Source: Rhizaria sp. SCN 62-66 (taxonomy: Eukaryota). Taken from it: a stretch of 64,000 nt of DNA. The notes under the pieces are model-generated. The model worked only from the letters and a program-made list of their open reading frames with translations, searched no databases and was not told where the DNA came from. Positions within the stretch are counted from its first letter, which is position 1. Every line of letters starts with the position of its first letter. Below, one piece after another: positions 11,656 to 24,700 of this stretch. The position numbers were made by a program, and so were the translations under genes. Location: contig MEDY01000030.1 in NCBI GenBank assembly GCA_001724265.1, positions 1 through 64,000 of the forward strand. Reading direction: 5' to 3'.

Positions 11656-11918
11656 ACACTCACAAAGAACACATACACACATCACAACAAAACTACTTGT
11701 AGGGCAGGTGAAAGACAAACACAGAAGGGCGCGATAAGATCCGGCCGCGCGCGAGTGCCTTGGTCGTGTCGTCCAGACATTGCCTGGCTTGACTCTATTG
11801 TGGTTGTTGCAGTTGTTGTTTCATTGTTGTTGCTGATGCTGCTGCTGTGGATGCGGGTGCATGTGTGCGAGCCCAACTTCGCTTACGCTTAGCTTAACAC
11901 TTCACTTCGCTTGGTTTT

Positions 11919-14027
11919 TCACCGCGAATCGTGCGAGGGCACAGTGTCGTCGCCGACGAGGTGGTTGCGGCCGACGCCGTCAGCGCCGTCCCCGGCGTCG
12001 CCGCCGCTGCCGCTGACGTGATGCGAGCCGTCGGGCAGCGAGATGTGCGCGTTGTACCCGGCCTCGGCGGCGAGTCCTGCGTCATAGACGCCGCTGCCGT
12101 CGCCCTCGGGGCCCAGCGCGCCCAGGTCGGCGAGGTTGCTGCCGTCGGAGCGCTGCACGTTGACGCCGATCTGCCCGTCAGCGAGGTACGCGTTCTCCTC
12201 CTGCTCGTCGCGCTGGCGCGACTCGTGCATGGCCTGCGGCATGTAGAGGTTGTTCATCGTCGTGTTGTCGCCGCCGTCGTCGCCGTGGCCCGCCGAGTAG
12301 TCGACCATGCGCGGTGCGTGCCGGCCGCCGAACCAGGGCTGCATGTATGCCGCGTCGAACCGTGTCCATATGCGGTGGAAGTTCAGCCGCTTAAGACAGT
12401 TGGTCTCGCGCGCCTCTGCCGTGCCGGCGCCCTCGCGCGTGATGGTCGACAGCGTGCGTGGGCGCTCGCCGGCCTGGTTGACGTACGTGAAGCGCGGATG
12501 CTCGGCGTTGGCCATGTCGGTGCCGTCGGCGCCCGCGAAGACGAAGGCGGCGCCCTGGGCCGGGCGCGTCGGATCGGGCCCTTCTTCGACGTCCTCGATG
12601 CCCAGCATGCCCATGCGGCCGAGCAGCCAGGTGGAGGAGCCGCCGAGGCCGAGCGTGGTGATGACGACGATGACCATGGTCGTGGTGATGAACCGCGCAG
12701 CGCCAGGGATCGGCGACTCCATGCCCAGTGCCAGCGCAAAGGAGATGGCGCCGCGGAGGCCGGCGAACCACATGACGATCTGCATCTTAAACGAGATCTT
12801 CTTGTGGCGGCCCAGGTTGGCGAGCGCAGAGAGCGGGAAGATGTTGAGCGCGCGGCCGATGACGCAGAGCACGACGGACCAGAAGATGAGCGAGAAGGAC
12901 CACTCGTAGTTGAACTTGCTCTGGGTGGCAAAGAAGGACGAGATGCCAAAGTAGACGAAGAGGAACGACTCGGCCATGTGTGCGAACGAGTGGAACGTGT
13001 GGCGCGACGTGGTACGCGTGATCGACGAGACGTTATACCACGCGTAATGGGCCATCATAACGCCGCAGACGAAGAGCGCCATGATACCGGACATGTGAAG
13101 CAGTTCGGCGACGGCGTAGCACGAGTAGGCGGAGAAGAGCAGCAGGATGAGCTCGTTTGAGGGCTTCTTGGAGAAGTTGACGCGGCGCAGCACGAAGGCC
13201 ACGACGAGCGCGAAGGCGGCGCCCAGCAGCAGCGACACGATCGACACGACGACGAACTCGCCCATGGCGCCGAAGTAGTCCGACGCGGTGAAGCCCGTGG
13301 TGACGGAGCGGAAGCCGCGGAACGTGTTGTAGAGCGTAATGGCAACAGCGTCGTTGAGCACCGACTCGCCGAAGACGAGCGAGTAGAGAAGCTGGTCGCA
13401 CTTCAGCTGCTTGTTGCCCAAAATGGCCAGCGTGGCAATGGGGTCGATGGAGGAGATGAGGGCGCCGAAGGTGAGGGGGTCCAGCACGTCGCCGGCGTCA
13501 ATGTTAACGGCACCAAGGTTGGCCAGCCAGTAGAGCCCGAAGCCGACGACAAAGGTGGAGATAATCGTGCCGAAGATGGCGTAGAGCAGAATGGAAGAGA
13601 TGTTCTTGAAAAAGTTCGTGCGCTTCATATTGTAACCGGCATCGAAGATAATGGGGGGCAGCAGCGCGTAGAAGAAGATGCTCGTCTTGAACTGAAGGAA
13701 GTCCGTCTCTGAGGCGCTCACGAAGTGCACAAAGACACCGACAAAGAAGCCGAAAATCATTGCTGCACCAGAGGCAGGCATCCATGTAATGTGAAACTGT
13801 CGGGGGCAAATAATAGTGAAGCAAATATGCATAATGAGCTCATGTGGGGTGCACTAAACCAGGAAATTGCGAGCCACTCGAATGGTCAGTTAGAGCCGGT
13901 TTTAAGGTGCACAGTGTAGCTTCCGCGGACGTACTTTGTCGATGAGAGACGCAAGGACGATGGTCATGACCAGCAACAGCGAGAACAAAATAATGTTCCC
14001 GCCGATGAAATCATGGTCGCCAGACAT
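11919..14027 (-). CDS. CPA1-family Na+/H+ exchanger (NHX/NHE8-like; exons 14027-13935 and 13796-11919)
   Basis: FFYALLPPIIFDAGY (amiloride-site motif), FGALISSIDPIA, LVFGESVLNDAV and WFAGLRGAISFALA. The intron GTACGT...GACAG joins IDK|FHITW. Ends in TGA. An additional upstream exon is possible. Confidence 0.93.
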
Positions 14028-14588
14028 GATTGCCTATACGGAGGAGGAGCCGAAGAGCCGAGATAACGTGAGCCGCAGGCGAGGGTAAGAAGAGAGAGCT
14101 GAGAATCTGAATTGCGAATTCGCAATGGTACTACCGCAATTGAACAGCACATAAATTGTCATTATACGCGAGCAAATACAAAATACATTCCAGTCACATG
14201 TACATAAGAAGAGAGGCAAGTTGCTCGTGAGAAAGCATCCCGAGCTCTTTTGCCACAACGGCATATCGCTCGATCGACCTTCTCGACGTGGTGGTGGGCG
14301 TCGACGGTAGTTCCTAAAAATTCGGGCCGACATCACATCGCTTCAAAGCTCATTTTCAAGTGCTACTGTCAAATTGAGAGTAATGATTTTTTTTTGGAAT
14401 ATATTTTTGAGGACTGATGATTATATTGATATTTACCTTATTTATTCGACAACTCGATCTATGCCGATTGGATTTCGAACACAAAGTGTGAACACTTCAA
14501 GTTGAGCTTTCGAACTGAAAGGAAAGGGTCATTACAAATCGGGTCAGACACGACCGTAGCTCGGCTTAAGTCAAAACAAACTTCATAA

Positions 14589-16368
14589 ATGTCACAGAAT
14601 AGCCGCCCCGAAGCCATTGACCTTGCGCTCAGTCCGACCCTGCCTCATGCAGTGACGGTAGTTGTCCGCAATGGGACGGCGCTTCCTCCTCGCAACAGCA
14701 GCAGCAATAGCGGCAGCGGCAGCAGCAGTAGCAGTAGCGACGCAGTCGCCATAAACGCTGACGCACAGGAGGCGCCCGCAGAGCCGTCACACGCGCGTAG
14801 TTCTGCACTCACAATAACCTACGGGGTTGTTCTCGCGACGCTCTTCGTGATTTGGTCCGTAACTCCACTCTCTGAAACCCCTTGCATTGACACACACAAC
14901 ATCATCACGCTAACTTAGCAACCGCCTCGTTTTCATTATCCGTGCACGCATCCACATACAGGGGAGTCCTGACGACCTTCACAACGGCGCTGGCAATGCC
15001 GATCCTCCTGTTGCCGCAGGCGCTGGTGCTCGCGTGGTGGGCCCGCAACCGCACGTTGCTGCCGCTGGACGCTGTCGTGGCCTGCTTCGCGCGCGGCCTC
15101 GCGCCGTACGCCGCGCTCACCTTCTTGTTCGAAGCAGTGTTCGTGCTTCTCGTCGCCATGCTCATGCTCGGCCTCGAAAATGCCACGGGCGCGTCTCGCG
15201 CCGCCACCGCAGGCGTCCTCTGCGTATGGTCACTGCTTGCTGTTGTCGAGGAAGCAGTCAAGTACCGGTACGTTAACCAGTCATTTTTGTCACTTAAACG
15301 CATAATAAGAGCAAAAACAAGGAAGAAACAAGGCAACAGAATAAAAGAGAGCAAAGTCACGAACTAACAACATCATATCCCTATGGTTTATCGACAGACT
15401 TGTCTTGCTTACTGAGCGCTCACCAGCGCTGCGCACTCCACCGGGCAAGGAAAAACTGTTGCTATCGACGGCGCAGACAACGGGGTTTGCGTGCGCACTG
15501 GCGTTGCTGCAGTGCTTGTTCTACTCCGCGGCGCGCACCGGCATCGGCGCCGCTTCGAGCCCCTCAGTGCGCGGGGTGGAGCGCGCCACGCACGCGCGCG
15601 CCGTGCTGACTGCCGCGGCGGCGCTGACAGCGCTGGTGCTGCCCGCGCAGTGCCTGGCCGGCTATCTGGTGTCGCTGCGCGTCGTGCTGCGCGACCAGTA
15701 CGGCTGCGCAGACTGGGGCGCGGACTCGGCGGCGCGGGTGGTGGCGCTGCCCGCGGCGCTGCGCACGGCGCTGACGCTGCACGTGCTGCTCGCGCTCGCG
15801 GGATTCTACGACGGCGCCGGCGCGGCGCTGTTCTGGGTCGTGCTCGCCGTGCCCGCGCTCGTCGTCGCGGGCGTCCTCGCCGCGGTCGCGCACGCCACGG
15901 AGCGCAGGCTGCCGCCGGAGTACCTGCAGCGCGTGGGCTCACTCATGGTATGCCGAAACACCGCGAGATGAAATTAAAACGACATGTTCTGATATTCGGA
16001 AACCTTTTGTGAACTGGCAATAACGGTCCAATAATCTTCCAAGCACGCTCACTGTCTTTGCTTTCCCACATTATCATTTCCACTTTTAGTGGGCATATGC
16101 GCGTCTGACGGGCGACGACGAAGGGGCACCGCCGTTGTCGCCAAGCGTCATGGAACTGGCACGCCACAACCGCAGCCGCGAGGCAGGGGTGGACGCCGGA
16201 GTGAGTGGCAATGTGCAGGACCCAGCGCCGATCTCCGCGGCTTCAGAGCTGCCAGCTGCCGCCACAGTCCCGTCCGCAGCGGTGTCGCCCGTGTCGCTCG
16301 CGCAGCCGCAGACCGACAAGGCCGAGACCGCCACTCAGCGCGCGCGCTCGCCAGCAACAGAGGTGTAA
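14589..16368 (+). CDS. Multi-TM protein resembling the PrsW/M82 glutamic intramembrane protease family (exons 14589-14854, 14962-15267, 15398-15947, 16090-16368)
   Basis: Three GT-AG introns restore one continuous frame. About 8 hydrophobic segments, with AVVEEAVKY (EExxK) and GFA motifs. Ends in TAA. The family call rests on motifs only. Confidence 0.6.
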
Positions 16369-16408
16369 AAAAAGATTGGGTGAACGAGTTGTCACAAGTT
16401 CCATTAGA

Positions 16409-18070
16409 TCAAGGACTGACCATGTTGCGGCTGTCAGTGTGATACTTCCGAACAGGGCTGGCAGCAAGCGCGCGCGCAATGACAGCAACCGCGATGGCGG
16501 TGACAACCAGCGTGTATCCCATGACGACTGTGAGCTGCGTCGCGTCCGCAACCGGCACCGCGAGCACTGCGCCCTCCGCGGCCTCGGTGGCCTCAGCGAC
16601 GAGTCCGATTGCGCGCGCGCGGCCGTCAACGCACGCGGCAACGAGCACGGCGGGCGGGAGCGCGACCGCGACGCTGCCGCCGCCAGCGCGCGGGGCGTGG
16701 TAGCGCGCCGACACCGCCACCTTCGCCTCAGCGGCGTCGGCAACGCCGCCAGTGACGGACAGCGCGGGCAGCAAGAGCACGTGCGCGCGCGGGGCGGCGC
16801 CCGCTGCGGCCTCGATGTCGGGCTCGTGCCGCTGCCACGTGCGCTGCGAAGCACTGAGACTCTGCAAAGCCGCGCTAGCGTTCACATCAGCGTCAGCGTC
16901 AGCGGCAGCAAGCGCGGAAAGTCGGTCGGCCTCGCGCGCAACGAAGGGGTCCGCGTAGAGGCCGCCACCAAGCGGCTGCGCCACAACCCACGCGCACTGC
17001 TGCGCATGACCGCTTCCAGTAGCAGTGGCAGTGCCAGTGGCGGCGTCAGCGCCAGCGGCCTCGGCGGCGCAGGTGCGGGCGTCCCGGTCGCAGTGAAGAG
17101 TAAACGTCAGCGGACGGTGCAGCCCCGCGCCTCGCAGCGCGCGCGTGGCGGTGCAACGGCACGGCGTGGTCGGTTGTTGCGACTGCTGTGCTGGTGCGGG
17201 CGCGAAGAGCTCGAGCTCGAGCCCGAGCGTGCGGGCACGGGCAGCGTCCAGCCGTGGGACTGCGCCTACACTGGCGGCCGCGGGGGCGGTGGCTGTAAGC
17301 GTAACCACCGGGCCGGCAGCGGTGACGGAGACGCGCACAGTGAGCGGGGCGACGGAGCCGTTTTGCGGGGCGGTGGCGCTCTCCAGAGCCGTCGCGGCGA
17401 GTTGAGTGAGACGCATCGCGGCCTGCGTGGCCGGGGACGCGGTGGAAAACACGGCTAAGGCGACAGGGAGACGCAGCGGGAAAGCACCGGAGCACACGGC
17501 GGAGCGCGTGTGCGCGCGCTTGGGCGCGGCCCGTGAGCTCGACTCTGCCAGGTCTGCCAGAGCACGCGTGGCGAGGAACTCGGCCCCGCGCAGCAGCACG
17601 TCAATGTCGGGCCGCGCCGTGGCGACAGCAGCATGCGCGGACGTGGAAGGCTACTAACTCTACGTTGACACTGCAGGTGTGGAAAGAGCGTGAGACATGA
17701 GGTCGTCTGCGGTGGTCTGGCACGGAGACTCGGAGCTGCGTGGATGACCAAGCCAATACAGAAAGTCCGTTAGGGCGTCGTGTCCTGAGCCCGCAAGCTC
17801 ACCAAATGCAAAGAAGTCATAATTTCCACTCTCACCACGGCGGATTGCAAGGTCAAAAGCGTCCGAATACGCAGTTATACTCTCGCTGCTGTTTATGGAG
17901 CCTGAGTTGAGGTAGACTTTGGCGGATGTGAAGCTACCGTCGTATGACAGGCTTAAGAGAGGCAAGGACGGCGCACTAACAGCACCCTCCAAAGAACCGG
18001 AGCACGCCACAGCCGCAAATACCATCAAAAAGAGCGTGGTGTTCCCCCACTTGCAGCGTAGAGAACGCAT
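16409..18070 (-). CDS. PIGX: PIG-X/PBN1-like GPI mannosyltransferase-I subunit, with three in-frame TAG codons (17660, 17654, 17651)
   Basis: N-terminal signal-like segment LFLMVFAAVACSG, then GLYADPF, PDIEA, ARYHAP, LPPA, VPVAD and a C-terminal TM helix, consistent with PIG-X. The two ORF-track pieces are in frame across ACG TAG AGT TAG TAG CCT. Ends in TGA. Confidence 0.72.
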
Positions 18071-18789
18071 TGTGACCTGGACCACAACAAGATTTCGGCA
18101 ACGTTCGAGCAGACCTAGTCAAGGAAGAATATACAGAAAAAACAAAGACACAAAAAGTATAATTAAAATATTAGCATATATCCTCTATGTTGAAACATAT
18201 ACTTGCGTACAAGTTGCATTTGACGATCAATATGAAGCATACAACATTGGATTAAACAAGGAGCGATCATCATGTCATAAGGTTACGCACAAGCGCATCA
18301 TAAGAGATTGAACAAGTGTGTTATTAAAATGAATTATTTATTAAGCTATCCTTTGAAGAAACACAGTATCACTCTAGCAACTACGAATACTGTGTTTGGG
18401 AGGGAAAAGAGGGCGAGCGCACACTAAACGGAACACAAACAGAAACAAAAAGATAGAACAGAGAGAACAGAAAAGAGAGGCTTCAAGCCCTCTTTATACA
18501 TATCGGAGATGTACAACAGAGGGAAGATGAGGATGATGAAGAAAAGGTAAAACCAAAAGGAAGCATAAACCAAAATCAGAGAAGGAAATAAGACATATCA
18601 ACTATTAATATCATGACTGTAGAAATACATCAAAAACCGTACACAACAAAAAAGAATCGACAAAGAGATGGAATCGACATATGAGTCCACACACTACACA
18701 CAGCACGCGCGTATGGATTTTTTTTAGTGTAGCAGCGCATTGTGTGTGTACGCAGGAACATTCTCATGTGTTATAATACAAATTTCACT

Positions 18790-21700
18790 TTAAAAGTAGC
18801 CATTCTGGCCGTTCTGCACCGATTGAGCCCATACATCGTTGTCCTCGAGCTCATTCTCGTCGTGCTCGTCCTCGCGGTAGAACAGGTTGTCCTCAGCAGC
18901 GACGTCCGCAGCCGTGACGGCCTGGCCGCCGAACGAGACCTTGCCCTCAGCGACGTCGACAGCGCCGAAGCGGTTGTCGACGGCGCGCTGCTTGATGCGG
19001 TCCGCGACGTCCTTCTGCGCCTGCGCGATCGACTGCGCAAGGAAGTCGGTGTTGTGGTCGGCGTCCTGCTCGTCGTCGTCGTCGTCGTCGTCGTGGAACG
19101 TGATCGCCTTGACCGTCGTCGTCGCCGCGACGGCCTTCTCCAGGTCCGCCACGAGGTCCGCGTCCTCGGCCTTGTGCGCAGCCACAGCGGGCGTGCCCGG
19201 CGCGGTGTTATTGGAGGCGGACGAGGCGGACGACTTGGGCGCGGGCTTCTTCTTGAGGATGCGCTTCTTCTTGTCCGAGGAGCGTACCAACGCCGCAGTC
19301 GTCGCCGCCGTCTCGGTCGACACAACGCTGGCAGCGGCGTGACTGCTCGCGGCGTGGCTGCTCCCGGCGTGGCTGCTCGCAGCAACCGAGGGTGCGGCCT
19401 CGCCGCCAGAGTGCACGACGATAACGTCGTCAGTGTTGACGGCGCGGTCCTCCGGCGCACGTGTGCCACTGGTCGAATGCTCAGTCGACGAGCCCGCGGC
19501 CTTAGCGGTCGTGTTGGCATCGCGCGAGTGCGAGGTCGAGTGGTCACGCTTGTCCTCAGAAGTGTCCTCGACAGACTCGGCGTTCGTCTCACCAGGCGCC
19601 GCAGCCGCCACAGCAGCAGCAGCAGTGTCACCAGACGCGGGCGCAGTGGCAGCCTTGGCAGCGTCAGGAGTGGGCTTGGAGCCCGAAGTGGAGCCGGAGC
19701 CGGTGCTGACGACAGAGGTCTCGCGCGAGTTGGACGTGGACTCGCTGCCGTCGAGGTACTGGTCGAGCTCGTTGCGCGCGTCCTGCTCCACAGACTGCAC
19801 GAAGATGTCGCGCAGGTTCTCGTCCATCGACGCCTTGCCCATGCGGGCCTCGCGGCGCTTGCGCTCCTCGCGGCGCCACGTCTGCAGCAGCGGGGACGGG
19901 TCGAGGTTGCGGCGCAGCGCGACGCGGACAGCGTTGCGGATCTGCTCCGTGCGGCGGTTCTGCTTCGTAAGCAGGACGAGGACGATAACGGCGACGACGA
20001 AGAAGAGCATGAAGGCGGCGAAGATACCAGCAGTGATGGCGTCCTTACTCGACTCGGTGATCTCATTCTCAATCATGTAGAAGTTGGCCAGGAAGAAGAG
20101 GTTGAAGGTCGCCAACAGAGCGGCAAACTCAAAGTGCTCCAGCAGCGACTGCTCGAACGGGCGCACGGCCGTCTGCGCTGAGATGGCAGAGAAGGCAACG
20201 AAAGAGGCCATGAGGAGCTGCACGTGCATCTGCCCGGGGAAGAAGATCGACACGGCGACGTACAGGACCTTGCGCGCCATCTCGACGATGAACCAGTAGT
20301 ACCAGCGAGGCTGGAAACCAAGGAACAGGAACGAGAAGCCGTACTCAACGCGGTGGCGCTGGCGCAGCTCCGCAACAGCGAGCTGGTTAGGCTGAGCGCG
20401 CATGAGACGAGCGTTGCGACGAAGGTACAGGAAGAAACCAAGAGGCACACCGATGATCCAAAGCACAAAGAGCGCGAGACCAAGGGTGAACATCCACGCA
20501 AAGTGCTCGCCACTAAAGCATACCAGGGACATGTCCGCGAGAACGAACATACGCGAGTTGTGCGGCAGGTCAAACACCTCTCCATCGGCCAGGTTGTCCG
20601 CCGCGGTGGCCTGGATGAGGACGTCAGAGCCACCACCGACAGTCTTGCAGGCAATGAGACGGAAGAAGGCGCGCGAGATGTTGGGGTGGAGCAGGTAAAG
20701 CGCAGTGGCGATGCAGCAGATGTAGATGTACTGGTACGTCTGCAGCAGCTCAGCCAGGCGGTCAATCGTGTAGCGGAAGATACGGCGGTCACGCTGCAGC
20801 TGCAGGTACTCGGTACCCTGCTGCGAGGCCACGTGGTCCATCAGCACAGACGCCGAGGGCATGCGCTTGAGACCACTGCGGGCCATCTGCGAGCGCGACA
20901 TCGAGCGCGAGGGCTCGGCGCCGTTGGGATCAGCATCAGTCTCGCCACCAGCCTGCACAGTGCTGTTCTCACGCTTGAGGAGACCACGCGCCGTGAGACG
21001 GGGGCCGATGAGACTCTCACGGAAAGACTTGTTGCGGTGGGTGCGCACGCGGCGGCTCGAAGCAGTGCTCGAGGCCATGGACGTGCGGGACACATCGGAG
21101 CCGGACAACGACGGGCGGCGCGAGCGCGTGGTCTCGCCCTCCTCCATCTCGTCCTCGTTGTTGATCGTAGGCTCCTCAGTAATCGCACTCATGGGGTCCG
21201 CAGACTCAGCAGCGGAGGCGCCAAACGTCTTGGACGAGGTAGCCGTCGAACTCATCGACTGCCGCTGCTCGCCGAAGCGGCGGCGCGGCGCGGGGCTGCG
21301 CGCGGCGGCGGCGTAGCCGTCATCAGCGCCATCCTCAACGAAGTCGTCCACGTGGAACTCAACCTGCGAGAGAGCATTGTTGTTCGAAGGCGCGCTCATG
21401 CGCATCGACACACCGAGCGCCGAAGTCGCACGCGACACACTGGCACGGCTCGCGCCAGGGCGCTGCATCGACACCGACGGGCGGTTGTTACGCGAAACAG
21501 TCGGGGAAGTGCGGCCAGCCTCGGAGCCGGGGCGACTGGCGTTGGCCTGGTTAAGGTCGATGTTGAACTCCGTGAAGAGCTCATCAGCGCCCTCGCCGTC
21601 CTCATCATCGCTGCCGTAGTGAATATTGGGCATGTTGGGAACGGGAGGGGGCGCGAGCGGGCCGCTGTTGCGACTGCCGCCCATCGACTGCATCTCAACC

Positions 21701-24700
21701 GAGCTGCCACCACGCTTGCCGAGCTCGGCAGAGTCAGCGTTAAGCGCATGCGCCGCAGACGCCTTGACCATTGCCGTGCGCAGAGCCATGCCACTGCCGT
21801 AGAGCTCCGCCCGCTTCTTGTCAACCGTAGCCTGCGCAGCTACGCTCTTGGCACTGACCTGAGCGTTGTTGCGCGAGGCCTCATCCGCGAGCATCGCCGC
21901 GTTGCGCTCATTGCGGGCCGACGCCTCGAGAGAGGCCTGCTCTGCAGCAGAGTCAAGCTTGGCGACGTACGAGACCGCAGCAAGCTCGCGCGTGTAGCGG
22001 TGGCGGTGGATGAGGTATCCAGGAACAAGGATAAGCAGAGGGAAGATAAGCGCAAACATCGGCAGCACGAAGGCACCAATGGTCGTCAAGAACAGCGGGC
22101 GAATCAGCATCGAGTTCGAGATACCATACTCGACAGCGTTCGAACTGAAACAGTCGAGCGAGATAGCATCAATACCAATGTTACCGGCAACACTCATAAT
22201 TTCCATGAAGGTACCAACGACACCGGGCCAAACCATGTCGAACTGGCCAGCGATGGCCCAGACCTGGATGGCGCACACGATGATCTTGAAGAACGCGACG
22301 TGGCTCACAGAGCGGATGATACGCGGTAAGTCAAGGTTCTTCGTCGTGTCACGAACGGAGAAGAAGACGAGAATACCACTGATGAGGATGGCAATCGTGA
22401 GCGAAACCATGATATCACCAACGCGTTCACTGAGGGTACCACAGCGCTCGCACAGGTACGTCGTCTTCTTGGAATAACCCGTCTCGCAGACCGTACAGAG
22501 AGGACCAGAGTAGCCCGTCGCGCAGAGCTCAAGACCACCAACGCATGAGTCGGAGAGACAGGACTCGAAGTTGATGTAGGCCGAGCGTGAGTATTCGGTA
22601 TCAGCACGGATGGCCGTCACGTTGGTACCAAAGTTGGTGTAGAAAGTCGAAACAGCGAGGGTCTTCATGCCCTGCGCCTCGAACAGAGGAGCACTATCGG
22701 CCTTCATCTCACCAGAGACCTGCATGAGATTCAGGAAGCGCTTGTAGATGACGTCAGTGTTCTCACCGATGTTGGTCATGGGCGGAGTCACATCAAGCAC
22801 AACCGTCACACCGGGCAAGAAGGTCTCGGTTGCGCCAGATGAGGAGCCGTCGCCAGTCGAGGAGCCAGGAGTGCCCTCCTCATCCCCGGACAAAGTGCGC
22901 GCACGGGCCGCCATCGCAAGCTCAGTGGCGTTCAGCTCCAGCGCCGGCGCCGCGGCCGCGTCAGCGGGCGTGGGTAGCACAGCCTGTGTCGAGAAGGCAG
23001 TAAAGGCGGCAGGCAGATTGAGCTTGGCAAGGGACGAAATGGTCGTGGCAGTGACGGAGTAGACGTTGATACGGTCACGGGTAATACCAGTGTCATCGTA
23101 GATGGAACGCATGAGAAGAGCCAGGAAAGACTGATACTCGAACGCCTGACTCATGTTGTACGTCGTCACGACATCGAGCTCGAAACGGCGCACGCGGGGA
23201 GCGCCGTCATCAGTCGCCTTGGCGGTGGGGTAGTAGCCAGGCAGGGGAACAACGTTAAAATACGTCGTGCCCGTGACGGTGCAGTTACCACCAGTCATGC
23301 ACGCCTCGCACTCCTTGCGGTGATTGAGGAAGAAACCAGATAGGCAGTGGCAGCCGGCATAGTCAGCATCACTAGTACCACCGTACGAGCACGGGAGACA
23401 AGTGTTGGCACTGGTGTCGGGCGAGTAGGTACCGACGGAGCACGTCGTGCACGAACCGGCGTTACCGGTCGAGAACGTGCCCTTAGGGCAGTTGGAGCAC
23501 GTGGATGAGCCGACCAGCGAATACGTACCAGAGCGGCAGGCCGAGCACGAACTCAGGCCGGCCTCTGTGTTGTACGAGCCGGGTGCGCAATCCTTGCACT
23601 CTGACTGGCCTTCAGTGTCGGTGTAAGTACCGGCCTTACATGGCATGCACTGGTAGTTGATGTCCTGCATACCGGGCTGGCACTGCGTGTACGAGATGTA
23701 GGCCTGCTCTGCAGACAGCTCACCGTAACGCTGGAACACGACGACGGAACGCTGCGTACGACTACCCTGCGGGAGAACACAGTAGATGATGTTGTGCGCA
23801 AGCGACGTGTCGTTGTAGTGCTGAACGTTGGTACACGACACACCGCCGATGTAGACGGTAGCGCCCTGTGCACCAAAGTTCTCACCCTCGAGCGTAAGCG
23901 ACACACCACCCTGGCGGGGGCAGTTGACGAGGTTAATGCTGTCGATGTTGGTACACTGCTCACTGGTCATGCGGAAGATGCGCGGCGCAGCGTACGAGAG
24001 CATCGACGGCACTTCGAAGTACTGCGAGCCAGACGTGACAATGACAGAGAGCGAGATACCAGTACCGGACGGGAGCGTGCAGAACACGTAGTCGTTGGTA
24101 CGCATCGTCAAGAAGCACTCATCACCGTTGACATACACGGCCGTGGGCTCAAGGAAACCATCGCCGTACACGGTCATGTTGACGTTACCGGCGGTGGGGC
24201 AGCCAATGGTGGTGTAGTTCAGTGCCGCCTCCGACGGCACAGTGCAACCGTCGATGCTGAAGACACGCAGGGTGATGGGGAAGGAGAACGTGTCGCTCGT
24301 GATGGAGCGCTGGCCCAAGACGTCGACGAGGAAGTGAAGGTCGAGACCGGACTCGAAGTCCATCTCGCAATAGATCGTCGTCACAGTCGTGCGCTCGGAG
24401 TCCTCGGCATCGATGATGCACTTGAAACCGTTGGTCAGCGGGTCGGGGCCATTGAGCGTCTCCAGAGTGCCGAACACAACCTGCATCACGCCGTCGTGGG
24501 GGTTGGCGAAGAAGTTGGTACCAGACAGAATGACAGTCTCTTTCTGGCCATTGGTCGTGCGGCCGACGAGGTTGGGACTACCGGTACGATCGTTGAACGT
24601 GGCAGAACGGAGAGTCGACGGCGTTGTCGTGGGCGGCGGGTAGTTGACGTGGTACACGTGCGACAGCTTCTTGAGCGGGTCAGCCGTTTGGGCTGTGCGC

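Noticed and set aside
14034-14036. TAG in frame just upstream of the Na+/H+ exchanger ATG (end of ORF 14336-14034)
   Set aside because: It follows a long pyrimidine tract and looks like a splice acceptor of a 5' intron, so I did not count it as recoding evidence.
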